Shown: one piece after another, positions 45,272-63,350 of the stretch | How the letters are laid out: every line of letters begins with the position of its first letter | Numbering within the stretch: position 1 is the first letter of the stretch | Assembly: GCA_964016885.1 (NCBI GenBank) | Contig: OZ024749.1 | Location: forward strand, 50,344,001-50,408,000 | Direction: 5' to 3' | Length of the DNA stretch: 64,000 nt | Source of the DNA: Eledone cirrhosa | Lineage: Eukaryota | Made by a program: the position numbers and the translations under genes | Notes under the pieces: generated by a model | The model's input: the letters and a program-made list of their open reading frames with translations, nothing else | Database searches by the model: none | What the model was told of the DNA's origin: nothing

Positions 45272-45385
45272 TCGTCTGATGAAGGACTTGCGTCCGAAAC
45301 GTTAAGACTCTCTTCCAGCTATATCAAGCGTTAACCAAATATATCCCTTCCCTATACTGTACCGATTGTGTTGTTATATATTATA
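45272..45385 (+). mobile_element. PLE pLTR fragment with minimal HHR (family E)
   Basis: CTGATGA-A-GGAC-ttgc-GTCC-GAAA-CGTT at 45276-45303. Confidence 0.7.
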
Positions 45386-45394
45386 TACCATTAG

Positions 45395-45586
45395 CGCGGT
45401 GGTTTGACAGTATAGGCAGAGGGTCGGATGCCATGCTTTGCAGCATAGAGTTACGGCCCTTTATGATCTGAGTTCAAATCCCGCCGAGGTTAACTTTGCC
45501 TTTCATCCTTACGGGGTTGATAAAATAAAGTACCAGTAATGCACTGGGTATTTGCTGGCCTTGTGCCAAAAGTAGAAACAATGATG
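45395..45586 (+). mobile_element. Meta-domain SINE with 9-bp target-site duplication (TSD)
   Basis: Full family sequence; taccattag at 45386-45394 and 45587-45595. Confidence 0.92.
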
Positions 45587-45887
45587 TACCATTAGATAGG
45601 TGACATTATCATTTCGTACACTAAAGGATCAATATAATTCTCTAACTCGTCGGTATATCTCAGGCCTTTATCCTTTCTTATCGTTGTCAAATATCACGTG
45701 TAAAAATAAACGCTTAAGAAATACTAAACAAATAATACATTGGTCTGTTCAATATGAACACAGACGAAGCCAATATAATATGCTGAAGTGTGGCATCTTC
45801 AACGAGTAAATATCTCACTTCTACTGAGAAAGCGGTCTCCTAAAATGGGTTCTTTATTATACAAATATTCAAACACAGCCACATCCA

Positions 45888-45930
45888 TATATATATATGT
45901 ATATGTGCGTGTATATACACACACATACAA

Positions 45931-45962
<32 letters not shown>

Positions 45963-45991
45963 GTATATGTGCGTGTATATACACACACATA

Positions 45992-46042
<51 letters not shown>

Positions 46043-46074
46043 GTATATGTGCGTGTATATACACACACATACAA

Positions 46075-46125
<51 letters not shown>
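45888..46125. repeat. Compound (TA)/(CA) minisatellite, 3 units
   Basis: atgtatatgtgcgtgtatatacacacacatacaaacaca occurs three times. Confidence 0.9.
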
Positions 46126-46131
<6 letters not shown>

Positions 46132-47613
46132 AGTGTGTAACTTCCTCTATGTGGTTAGCTGAAAGTATGTATGTTTGTATGTATATAGCGATTCAGTTAA
46201 CTGCATAGAGAACCCCTTTCCATGTGTAGTATGATATATCAGAATACAGAATGATGTAGCTATATCCTCAAATGTATTTAATCTGCCCATCTTCCATTAA
46301 TATCAACCATATCAATTCTCAGATAATACGAAGTAAACAAATAAACAAACTATTTCCCTGTATACGTTTTGCAAGAAAACAAAATAAATGTTAAAAGGTT
46401 AATCGAATCTTAAAATCCAATGATTGCTTCTCTCACTTCATTATTTCTGTTCTACATTTTTCTTACTAACAGACAAAAAGAAGAGATTTGCTTAATGTAC
46501 AGTTGAAAACGAAGATTGGTTAAGAACTATTATATTTTGTTTCTATCGTGTAATTTCGGTCTGCTAGTTGAGGATTCGAATTGGCGAATCCGGAAGCTGG
46601 TGGGTAATTTCATCATCTAAAAGGAGCTTATGAAATAGATGTTCTCTACATCAGAGGGTAGATACAATGTGAGGGGTCATGCGTGACTATGGTTTTCAGA
46701 TCTGTGGCTGGATCGGGGTGCTTGAGCCGAATGGCAGCGAAGAACACCTCGGTAGCGTAGAGTATGGTGTCGTCCCGTGCGATTTACTATGCCACGTAAT
46801 AAATTTCAGTTTGTGTTAGGCTTGATGTGTTTTAATAGCGAAAGAAAAGTTGTGTGTGAAAAATATTATGGTTTGTGTGGTTGGATGTAGTAATGTAAAA
46901 CAAAGAAATTGAACAACGAAATAAAAGCACTGTGGAGTAAGAGGTTGAGTATGGATGATAACAAGGGACCAAAGGCAAATGTCTGTGCCCTTCTTGGTTG
47001 TTTGAAATCGTCATAAGAACACTGTTTTCGTCGCTGTGGTTGTTCTAGCAGATCTTGCTATTAGTGTCGTTGTTGTTGTAGATGTGACTGTTGTCGGGGG
47101 TTTTATATTCTTATCAAATTTAACCATATGATCATATTTAATATTCAGTAATACTAGAAGAATTATATTCAAATACATGCACCTCTTTCCCTCCTTAAAC
47201 TAAAATGTAATGTAATATCATATTTAGCATGAATATTGTAAATTACAAAAGGGGAGATTTTAATACCAAACTATGTCATGTTATGTATATAATCACACAG
47301 CACTATATGGTACAACTGCAGACTGTCTGTGCAACATGTCATCAAAAACAATCAACAGCTTTAGGCAGCGCACAAATCGGCGGCCGTCACACCTTAGAAT
47401 CTATTTTGTGAGATTATTAAATTCTCTTAGCAGCATAATTAAATTTTGCCAATAATATATTAACTAAAGAGTGTTTTCTCTTATCGAGTGAGATCGAAAG
47501 AACAAGTCATGAAGACAACCCGACCCAAGTTTGATAAATATACCTTAAAAAGTAAAACTACTGTGTCATTCTTTTCTAGACAGTAATCTTGCGAACAAAT
47601 ATCGTCCGCACCC

Positions 47614-47679
<66 letters not shown>

Positions 47680-48050
47680 TATATCGCAAGTAAGCGTTAC
47701 TGATGAGGGCTGGAAATCATTAAATGCATGTATAATGCTGTGACATGGATACTGCTATAATTATGGTCACATATTGAAAGGGTCACAACGAGACGAGGGT
47801 CATAAAACATAAAATATTATATTATTATTTATATACACCTCCGACATCCACCACGCCGAGTCGGTGATCCTGCTGAACAAACAAACAAACACATACACAC
47901 ACATACATATATGCACACACACACTCACAGAGACTCAAACACACATACTATCATATCACCTACTTAATGATATTTTTGAAAATGAGTACCTATATCGAAT
48001 AGTATTACCGTACCTATATATAATTTTCCTTATATAATGGTTTCTTATAT

Positions 48051-48330
48051 ATAATTGTTTCTACTTTAGGCACAAGGCAAGCAAATAACCAGTGCATTAC
48101 TGGTACTTTATTTCACCGGTTTCTTATATATAATGGCACATGGCCAGCAATTTGGGGCGAGGGGAAAGTCGATTCAATCGATCCCAGTGCATGTCTGGTA
48201 CTTTATTTTATCCACCCCGTAAGGATGAAAGGTAAAGTTAACCTCGGCGGGATTTAAACTTAACCATAAAGGGCCGTAACTCTATGCTGCAAAGTATGGC
48301 ATCCGACCCTCTACCGATACTTCCAATCAT
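48051..48330 (-). mobile_element. Meta-domain SINEs: 3' fragment (48051-48115) plus long-form copy (48135-48330)
   Basis: Reverse complement of the family; gtacctatatataat lies on both sides. Confidence 0.85.
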
Positions 48331-48550
48331 CTACCCTGTACCTATATATAATGAAATCTATTCTGACTCCGTAAAGAGAAGTATCATAAATCACTTCTTT
48401 GAGGAAATGTTAACTGCATCCTCGTCAACAAAACGATGATACACTCATTCGACTTATCTGAGGCCTTTTAGTTAGAATAAGAGACTAAGCCTGCAATATA
48501 TCCCGAGAATTCACCGTGTCGATATCATTTCCCTCCATAAAATCTTCCTA

Positions 48551-48742
48551 AATAATTGTTTCTACTTTTGGCAGAAGGCCAGCAATTATCACAGTATATT
48601 ACTGGTACTTTATTTTATCGACTGAGTAAGGATAAAAGGCAAAGTTTACTTTGGAGGGATTTGAACTCAGACCATAAAGGGCCGTAACATTTTGCTGCAA
48701 AGCATGGTGTCAGACCCTCTACCGATACTGCCAATCTACCTC
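48551..48742 (-). mobile_element. Meta-domain SINE
   Basis: Reverse complement of the full family sequence. Confidence 0.9.
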
Positions 48743-49612
48743 CCTTAAATGATAAATGTTCCTAAATAATAAATACGTATGATGAGAACTGCAACCGCCT
48801 TGTTCATTCATATAAATTTACTTGTAGCTTTTATACCATTACTCGTCTTTCAGGAACATTTAACGTTATAGAGATTATGATTGAAACAGAAAAGTGATAA
48901 TCATTTTTAAATACTTTAAAAAAAAAACATATCAATTTATTTCTGAAGCAAAACATAAAGTAATATAGCTTTAGTTGGAATATAATTGATTACTAGAACT
49001 TTAATGACTCTAATAAATAGAGAGACAACCTTTCGAATATGTACTTTATTTAGATTTAATTTTCACTTTTCCGAACTCATTTCCTCTCGTTTCTACAATT
49101 TATTGTTTTTCCTTTGTTATGTTTGTCATTATTGTCTTTTTATATAGTAATTCATTTCATTTACATTTGTTTTTTCAAGTGAAATTATCAAATGACATAT
49201 AATGTCTCTAGGAAAATGTCTGCGTATCGTTTATTTAATGTAATATTGAGGAGGAAAAGACACAAATGTGGAAGAAAAAATATTACAGAAATGTCTTAAT
49301 AAATACAACTAAAGCAACCTTTTAAAGATACAGTGAAAGAAAACTTCCAATGTATATAACCTATTGACTCTTCTATCAATTAATAGTTCATACGTTCACA
49401 GTAAGACATGTATACGTCAGCATTGATGCAACATTTATGAGACTCGTTTAATTATATGTTTTACAATGACGTTTTATATGCAGTAAATACAGATTTTTTT
49501 ATAACGTTCATATTTCTATTTGAAATATAATCCTTTGATAAACATACGCTTGTGTAATTTTAATTGTTTAGTGAGAAGATTGTGTAATCTTAATTGTTTA
49601 GTGAGAAGATAG

Positions 49613-49900
49613 AAACTACTCCGAATTGTGATATCACAGCTCCGATACTACAGGCATATGGTTAGCATGTTTCAGGAACGAATCGTTGGATAGATATTAC
49701 GAGATAGATGTTACAACAGCTGGCAGGAGACCCAGAGGTAGTTACCGAGCTAAATGGGTAGTTAACGTACATGAGATTAACTGGTCTCGCTTGGAGATCT
49801 AGCCGAATCAATTGAAGATGGTTTCTTCTGAGAAGACCCACTGGAAGGTGTACTTGAGGACACTAAAGAACAAACCTGGAAAGAAGAAGGGGAAGAAGAA
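49613..49900 (+). mobile_element. RTE-clade (Expander-like) LINE 3' fragment, decayed
   Basis: LLRIVISQLRYYRHMVSMFQERI.../TAGRRPRGSYRAKWVVNVHEINWSRLEI*PNQL...W..YLRTL matches the RTE C-terminal motifs SQLRWxGHxxRM and GRRPRGRPRxRW. Confidence 0.75.
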
Positions 49901-50404
49901 ATAGAAGGGAAAATGTAGGAATGAAAGAGAAGCAAGAGCCAACCCTCCTCCACCTAAAGATAACATAATATATTTAAGCTCAAAGTGAAAGAGTTGAAAC
50001 AGCGTGTACTTTGTTACACACTTTTTGTAATACCTAGGTAATAGAATGAAATACTGCCACCAAAACGTTCGCGTATATTCCTTCAAATTAGAATTACTAT
50101 GATATGCATGATCATATAAGTGTATATAATGAAAAGTACGAAAAAATTAATTGCAATTCACTAGGGATTACATACGAAGATTCGAAAGAGGGACAACATA
50201 TTTTTCGCGTCACTGAGATTTTAGAATTTGCGGGGAGTTACGGTTATATACATTCAATATGCTACTTAGGAAATTTTATGTGTGTTAAAACAAACCATTC
50301 TCGTAATAAAATACATCATTAAATGCAATAGATTTCACATGAATGAGGAAATGCATGCAAGCATAAAAGGAACTACAAAACATTACGTTGAAATGCTCTT
50401 TCCA

Positions 50405-54052
<3,648 letters not shown>

Positions 54053-54171
54053 GCTCTGATTCATCTGAATTATTGAGCCCTCTGCCGCTCATATCGAATT
54101 TCGTTTTTCGTGAACTCGTGCGCCGATTTTTCGATACTCGATCTTTCTAATATATATATATATATATAAAT

Positions 54172-54455
54172 AGGGGAGGGTCATATTTGCGTAATATTGC
54201 CAGAATTAATAACAGAACACACGCACTGTTTGGTTGGTTTTCGCTTCTCGCTGTCTTTTATATATATATATCTGCGATCTAACTTACTCGGTCCTCAATG
54301 TTGCCATTGACTGACCGGCGGTCAAAAATAATACAGATACAATATAGACAAACACATATATATATAGTTTACATAATTTACATAAATCTTTCGTCCCCAA
54401 ATATAACAATATCTGTTTCGACACACGATTTCATATAAAAAACCTCGCAAAACTA
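54172..54455. mobile_element. Solo rearranged pLTR of the 62524-63590 PLE family
   Basis: 54172-54360 is the reverse complement of about 63355-63535, and 54396-54450 matches about 63531-63586 directly. Confidence 0.8.
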
Positions 54456-54467
54456 ATTCATCGCCGC

Positions 54468-55692
<1,225 letters not shown>

Positions 55693-56910
55693 TTACTGCA
55701 TCACTTTGATGACATTTTGAGAACCTTGGGAGAAGGTTCCAACACTGATGTTATCTACCTTGATTTCAGCAAGGCCTTTGACAGGGTTGATCATAACATT
55801 CTACTGAGAAAGCTGTCCAATATTGGTGTCACTGGAAAGCTGCTGCAGTGGATCAAGAGCTTCCTGTCAAACAGAACCCAACATGTTGTAGTTGAGGGAG
55901 TCAAATCAAGCCCAGCCAAAGTCAGTAGTGGAGTCCCACAAGGCACTGTGTTGGGCCCACTTCTCTTCATCATCTATATTAATGACATCACTGACATCAT
56001 CAAACACAGCAACATTAAAATTTTCGCTGATGATTCCAAGCTCCAAAAGGTCATCAATGGCGTGGATGACCGGATAAGCCTTCAGTCAGACCTACTGGCT
56101 GTTACCCAATGGGCAGAAAAGAATAACATGTTACTGAACGAAGACAAATTCGAACTGATCCACTTTGGAAAAGAGGATGCTCTGAAACTCCCGTACTCCC
56201 TTCCCTCCGGGGAAACTCTCGTGGCATCTAACAACATCAGAGACTTGGGAGTAACCGTGGACAGCAACATAAGCTGGACCACGCATATAAGCAGCAAAGT
56301 TGACATGGCCCGCAGAATGTGTTCCTAGATCCTCAGAACCTTCCAGTCGAGAGATTCCCGCACCATTATCCTTCTCTTCTCTACTTTCGCCCGACCACAC
56401 CTTGAATACTGTTGTCCACTGTGGTCTCCCCACACGAAACAAAGTATCATGAAACTTGAAGCTCCTCAAAGGGCAATCACGAAAAAGATAGATGGCATTT
56501 CAGACCTTGACTACTGGGGTCGATTGGAAAACCTGAAACTTTACTCACTCCAACGTCGCCGTGAGCGTTATATTATCTGCATGATGTGGAAAATGTTCCA
56601 TCATCACTGCCCAAATGATGTTGGCATCGCCTTCAAGATACACCCAAGGCTTGGGCCCCGTGCTATCCGTCCCATTCAAAAATCTAAATCGCAACTCATA
56701 ACAACAATACGGTACAATTATTTCACCTCAATCGGCCCTGCTCTCTTCAACATCACACCAGGACACGTCAAAACAGAAACTGACCACACAAAATTCAAGA
56801 AGTCTTTGGACAAATTCCTCCAAGTAATCCCGGACAAACCACCCACACCCGGATATGTCTCCGCAAACAATAATTCTCTTCTCGAATGGGCCATGGTGCC
56901 CAAATCCTGA
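55693..56910 (+). pseudogene. LINE ORF2 reverse transcriptase fragment with one in-frame stop
   Basis: YLDFSKAFDRVDH, SGVPQGTVLGPLLF, FADDSKL, RDLGV, RPHLEYCCPLWSP, LYSLQRRRER; ORFs 55717 and 56449 share a frame and are split only by TAG at 56326-56328. Confidence 0.92.
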
Positions 56911-56997
56911 ATTGAAAGACTTCGCCAGGTGGTGCTATTAAGTTAGACATGGCCTGGGCCAATACTGGCCAAAACATTTCAAAGTTATTCAAAGTTA
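55693..56997 (+). mobile_element. 5'-truncated CR1-type LINE
   Basis: RT domain and C-terminus, short 3'UTR ending in tcaaagttat repeats, embedded in TA satellite. Confidence 0.92.
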
Positions 56998-57023
56998 TAT
57001 ATATATATATATATATATATAAA

Positions 57024-57061
<38 letters not shown>

Positions 57062-57085
57062 TTTATATATATATATATATATAAA

Positions 57086-57125
<40 letters not shown>

Positions 57126-57435
57126 TTTATATATATATACATATATATATATATAAATATTTATATATATATATATATAAATATTTATATATATATATAT
57201 ATAAATATTTTTATATATATATATATATAAATATTTATATATAAATATTTATATATAAATATTTATATATAAATATTTATATATATATATATATATATAA
57301 ATATTTATATATAAATATTTATATATATATATATATATATAAATATTTATATATAAATATTTATATATAAATATTTATATATATATATATAAATATTTAT
57401 ATATAAATATTTATATATAAATATTTATATATAAA

Positions 57436-57475
<40 letters not shown>

Positions 57476-57955
57476 AATATTTATATATAAATATTTATAT
57501 ATAAATATTTATATATAAATATCTATATATAAATATTTATATATATATATATATATATATATAAATATTTATAGTTCGATTCCTGGACCAGGCGATGCGT
57601 TATGTCCTTGAGCAAGACACTTTATTTCACGTTGCTCCTTCTACCTGGAGTTGCGACCGATAGATAGTATTAGCAATTGGAAAGACCAACGGAAACATTG
57701 TTCCCTCGGTCCGATTTGACGAAAGTCGATCGTTCCTTTTATATATATATATATATATATATATAAATATTTATATATAAATATTTATATATAAATATAT
57801 ATATAAATATTTATATATAAATATATATATAAATATTTATATATAAATATATATATATAAATATATATATATAAATATTTATATATATATATATATATAA
57901 ATATTTATATATAAATATATATATAAATATTTATATATAAATATATATAAATATT

Positions 57956-58019
<64 letters not shown>

Positions 58020-58161
58020 TTTATATATAAATATATATATATATTTATAAATATTTATATATATATTTATAAATATTTATATATATATATATAAATATTT
58101 ATATATCTATATATATATTTATAAATATTTATATATAAATATATATAAATATTTATATATA

Positions 58162-58221
<60 letters not shown>

Positions 58222-58547
58222 TTTATATATAAATATATATATATATTTATAAATATTTATATTTATATATATATATATTTATATATCTCTATATATAAAT
58301 TAATATTTATATTTATATATCTTTATATATATATTAATATTTATATATATATATTAATATTTATATTTATATATCTATATATTAATATTTATATATCTAT
58401 ATATATATATATAAATATTTATATATCTATATATATATATAAATATTTATATATCTATATATATATATATATATATATAAATATTTATATATCTATATAT
58501 ATATATATATATATATAAATATTTATATATATATATATATATATAAA

Positions 58548-58585
<38 letters not shown>

Positions 58586-58835
58586 TTTATATATATATAT
58601 ATAGATATATAAATATTTATATATATATATATAGATATATAAATATTTATATATATATATAGATATATAAATATTTATATATATATATATAGATATATAA
58701 ATATTAATATATAGATATATAAATATAAATATTAATATATATATATAAATATTAATATATATATAAAGATATATAAATATAAATATTAATTTATATATAG
58801 AGATATATAAATATATATATATATAAATATAAATA

Positions 58836-58873
<38 letters not shown>

Positions 58874-58913
58874 TTAATTTATATATAGAGATATATAAAT
58901 ATATATAAATATA

Positions 58914-58963
<50 letters not shown>
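56998..58963. repeat. (TA)n/TAAATATTTA satellite interrupted at 57573-57740
   Basis: Direct reading. Confidence 0.95.
57573..57736 (+). mobile_element. CORE-SINE head fragment fused to an approximately 95-bp module
   Basis: agttcgattcc B box, tgtccttgagcaagacacttt, then module 57637-57732 whose reverse complement lies at 59588-59682. Confidence 0.7.
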
Positions 58964-58965
<2 letters not shown>

Positions 58966-59430
58966 GTGGGCGGGGATTATGTGGATTATTTGTCCAAAAT
59001 CATACTTAACATTTGATATCGAGAAGACACATATAACGTACATAGGTTTACATATTATTATGCTTCTATATGATCTCATATATATATATATATATATATA
59101 TATGAGATCACATAGAGATATAATATGTAAACCTATAGCTAGACAAATACTGTATGTGTGTGGAATTGTGTGTGTAAATTAAAAGCTTTATTACTCTATC
59201 GAATTTCAAGTATTTAATCGGTATATTTTATATAGTAATTTTTTTGGGGGGAGGAATGTTAGATAACGCTATGTAGTCCACGCTATTAAATAAATTGTTT
59301 TCTGTTTTGCCTTACTGCCCTTTTCAATTTTACTCGCCGTTAATACATGCAGGTTTGAAAATATTGTGGGTTTACTTATAAACATCATATCAACGTCAGC
59401 CTATGGCTTGCGTGACTGATTTAAACTAGC

Positions 59431-59535
59431 AATTATTGTTTCTACTTTGGGCACAAGGCCAGCAATTATCCCAGTGTATTACTGGGACGTCATTTTATCG
59501 ACTCCGTAAGGATGAAAGGCAAAGTTAACCTCGGC
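59431..59535 (-). mobile_element. Meta-domain SINE, 3' half
   Basis: Reverse complement of the family core and tail. Confidence 0.85.
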
Positions 59536-59580
59536 ACAATTATGTCAGTTGGACATATTCAGAAAAATAAGCAGATGTAT

Positions 59581-59786
59581 CGACAGTCGATCGACTTTCG
59601 TCAAATCGGACCGAGGAAACAAGTTTTCCGTTGGTCTTTCCAATTGCTAATACTATCTATCGGTTGCAACTCCAGGTGAAGGCGCGTGGCTTACTGGTTA
59701 GAGAATTGGATTCGCGATCGTGAGGTGGTGAGTTCGATTCCTGGGCCGCCCGATTCGTTATGTCCTTGAGTGTTCCTTCTACCCGG
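59581..59786. mobile_element. Composite insert (inverted module plus tRNA-SINE head) with 12-bp flanking direct repeat
   Basis: aagcagatgtat at 59569-59580 and 59787-59798; A box tggcttactgg and B box gttcgattcc inside. Confidence 0.7.
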
Positions 59787-61581
59787 AAGCAGATGTATAT
59801 TGATATATATATTCTGGCTGAAGTATAATATTATGATTCATGGCTTGACTGAAATGTTAATACTTTAATCACTAATAAAAAAGAATGTTTTGTTACGGTT
59901 CATTACAGAATGTTAAATAGTTTCGTCGTACTTCTTTATATTTGTCTTTCGAAAACTGCTTGGTTTTGTTGTAGTTAGGTCAGTTTTAGAAGTAAAAAAA
60001 GTTGATGTGTTAATATATTTGACGTCAACTTGTCCAGAAACGTATTTTACGCCCAAGCTGCACATTCAGTGTCTTGATAAACGATGGTGTGAATATTTAC
60101 AGATATTTCCGGAATAGAAATTTGTCTTTTCTCTTATCATGCTTATAAACAGTATTAATGGTCTAGAAACACGTTTGATATTTGACATTATTTAACAGTA
60201 ATGTTACGTAGGTGTTAATTCTACTGAGAATGAATTTCCTTATGAAGATTACAAAGTATTTATCACAGCTAAGAAGTATTTAAACATTGCTTGCTAAATC
60301 AAACGTTACATAGCATGCTATATGAATTATATTATCCGTTTTTTTTTTTTACGAGCATCCCTCTTTAAGTCTACCTTTATCATCTAACATTGAAATTCTT
60401 TGAAATGTTTGCAGATATACTTTCTTGTAAAGGCTTGTGTAAATATATCTTTCGCAGGTAAATAATGCTATTGAAGTAAGATTTTGCATGAATAAATTTG
60501 GTTTGGGAAAAATTGTAAATAAATATACAACCGAAAGCATTGTGTGAAAGATGGATATTGGTGAATGTGTAATATAAATTATCTCGGGACATAACCCATG
60601 TATAATTTTCGATAAAACTATTTTATGCAATTGGTTGGAATGTGAATCAAACAAATGAAGTAGTTTTATAGCCAACATCGCTTATCAAGTTGAAGAATAC
60701 GATATTTAAATATAATATTTAGGAATTATGTATCAGTGAAAGATTTCTGAATATTTTGTGTCAATAGATATTGATACTCGAATCCACACTGTGATAAAAT
60801 GTAAGGATACAAACGTGTATTTTGTATTTCTTGTAATGCTAAGGATCTATTCATGAGAACACCGAAAGTATCAATGGATTAACAGAGAAAACACCTTAAG
60901 CTGTTTATTACGTGCATATAACTTCAGTCTTTAATTCCAATGAGATCGACTTTACCATTTCTCCTACCAAACTCAATATAATAACTACCAGACAAGTATT
61001 AATACTCATATAATCAATTTGGCTATTGTCATTTAGTTTCCTCTCAGACATCGCTTTATACAGTCCAAGGGACTTTTAAAATTTCAGGACGTGGATTACA
61101 TGAGCTTGAGGATTATGTCAACAATCATATTTCGGTGTTTGCTCCGTACTTCCAAGTGAGATAACAATGTCTCACGGCGTACAATGTGATTTATTTAATA
61201 AAGTTTATTATCATGCTAAATATATTTTTAGAGAAGGTGGTATGACAAACTTCCTTTCATTATATTCATATGTAACGCACGATACATATACTGACAATAA
61301 TGTCCTTTTCTGTACAATTCAACAATTCAACTTCATCAAACCAAATAAACATGTCTACAAATTTAATGGTTTCAGTTATTTAAATATGGGTCTATTGCAC
61401 CACTAAATTCTATAGTCGATTATGCCGACCTCAGTTCTTATTTTCATAACTGGGCCACAGTTTATTGGTTTCGGTATAGATTATCAAAGCTCATCTATAT
61501 ACAAAATAACGTCGTAAATGAACATATCATTGACTATGCCAGTGTGCTAAACACTTTATGAAAACTCATATTGCCTTAATG

Positions 61582-61768
61582 ATAATTGTCTCTACTTTAG
61601 GCACAAGGCCAGCAATTACCAAGTGCAATACTGGTACTTTATTTTATCGACCCCGTAAGGATGAAAGCCAAAGTCAACCTCGGCGGGATTTGAACTCAGA
61701 TCGTAAAGGGACGTAACTATGCTGGAAAGCATGGCGTCCGACCCTCCACTGATACTGCCAATCCACCG
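61582..61768 (-). mobile_element. Meta-domain SINE
   Basis: Reverse complement of the full family sequence. Confidence 0.92.
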
Positions 61769-62211
61769 ATAATGGAGATAAATTTAATTCTATCAATATG
61801 ATCCAGAGCAGAATACTTCATTCCACAGAGCATACTGTTGTTTCTTTCCTTTATGTTGTCTTAAAATAGGTATTGGCATATACGTTTCCTCCAGGCCCAG
61901 GTAGGCCATCGTTCCGTGTCAGAAAGTATATTACCAATACAGTCTACATTACACGTTGTCTGAGAGAATGCATATCTCGTATTAGACAAGGTGTAATTAT
62001 TTCTTTTTAATATAAATTTCGCCTTATTTTTGAGAGAGGGTTTATGTTTAATGCAGGTTTGACCCTAAGACTTCAACGTTCTACTATTTCCATTAATCAC
62101 ATTGTCAGTTCTCATTGAAATGTTAATTTAAATGTCAGAGGTGATGCCTGGAAGTTCTTTTCAAATGCCTTTCTCTTTCATTTCTATGCGATTCTGAACT
62201 ACCATCATTAC

Positions 62212-62400
62212 CGGTGGATTGGCAATATCGGTAGAGGGTCGGACACCATGCTTTGCAGCAAAGAGTTACGGCCCTTTATGGCCTGAATTCAAATCCAGCC
62301 GAGGTTAACTTTGCCGTTCATCCTTACGGGGTCGATAAAATAAAGTACCAGTAATACACTGGGATAATTGCTGGCATTGTGCCAAAAGTAGAAACAATTA
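62212..62400 (+). mobile_element. Meta-domain SINE
   Basis: Full family sequence. Confidence 0.92.
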
Positions 62401-62483
62401 TATATGAAGAAAAGTTACATTAATGTATCTTCGAAATACCCGATGAACACACATATATATATATATATAAATGTACGTACGTG

Positions 62484-62520
<37 letters not shown>

Positions 62521-62609
62521 TGATATACTTGGGGAGGGTCATATTGTTGGATTAATATTGCCAGAATTAATAACAGAACACACTCACTGTTTGGTTGGTT
62601 TTCGCTTCG

Positions 62610-63033
62610 GTAGAAAAGACAGGAACCACCATAAACTCCCTGATCACCAAAACATACCCTTTCATGAAAACCCACTGTACTAATAGGAAATGTATTATAT
62701 GTAAAGTAACCCCCCGGATAAACTGTAAAACTAGACACGTAGTCTATAGCATGAAATGTACAGAGGGTATTTGCAGAAACATAACATCAACATACATAGG
62801 CGAGATACCTTGTTGCATAGGTGAAAGGATAGACCAACACAGGGCGGAACTAAAAGGAAAGAAAAACCGGTTCAGTACTATACGAACACGCCAGACAACA
62901 ACATGACGGTAACATAGACAACATAGAAATTAAAATAATATCTAAACATAGAAATGACCCAGCAGTTAGGCAAATCAGAGAGGCCAGTGAAATAGAACTT
63001 AGAAGGCCAAAGCTAAACAGAAAATATGAATGA
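62610..63033 (+). pseudogene. PLE GIY-YIG endonuclease C-terminal fragment (frameshifted)
   Basis: CxxxxCxxC linker, NCKTRHVVYSMKC...C...YIGE...ERIDQH, then after a frameshift near 62865 SVLYEHARQQH...IIS...RQIREASEI...PKLNRKYE. Confidence 0.85.
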
Positions 63034-63306
63034 AATGACAACAATACCCAAACAAACAATACTGACCTAAGAGAAATATAAATAAATAAATAAATAAATA
63101 TATACAACAAACACATATAAACACACAATAGTAAACTAAGATAGAATACGATAACCAAAACATAGTCACCCAAACGCGAACACACATCAAACACTATACA
63201 AACACGCAAACGCATGCGCAGCGAAGAAGACAAAAATAAATAAATAAATAAACAGATTAAATAAAGATGGCGTTGACATACAATACAACAGGAGGAAACA
63301 TAATAG

Positions 63307-63350
63307 TACCACTGACGATGTTGCAGATGTGCAACGAAAGAACTTTGTTA
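63307..63350 (+). ncRNA. Minimal type I hammerhead ribozyme motif
   Basis: tacca-CTGACGA-t-GTTGCA-gatg-TGCAAC-GAAA-gaac-TT-tgtta; perfect 6-bp stem II, stem I 4 of 5 pairs; lies downstream of a PLE ORF as expected. Confidence 0.7.

Noticed and set aside
46549-47021. Possible solo LTR (TG start, AATAAA, CA end)
   Set aside because: No matching TSD, PBS, PPT or second copy is visible
47697-47720. CTGATGAGGGCTGGAAA (also ccgatgagg at about 6943 and ccgaagaagg at about 32717)
   Set aside because: No pairing stem II or stem I could be identified
49551-49610. Small tandem duplications (30 bp here; also about 13200-13300, 18445-18481, 30831-30884 and 37089-37127)
   Set aside because: Ordinary slippage duplications with no further structure
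55791-56992. Antisense and alternative-frame ORFs over the LINE
   Set aside because: They are shadow ORFs of the RT coding frame with no independent motifs
59678-59750. tRNA-like sequence with A and B boxes (similarly other SINE heads)
   Set aside because: It continues into SINE CORE sequence and has no convincing acceptor stem or cloverleaf, so it is a SINE head rather than a tRNA gene
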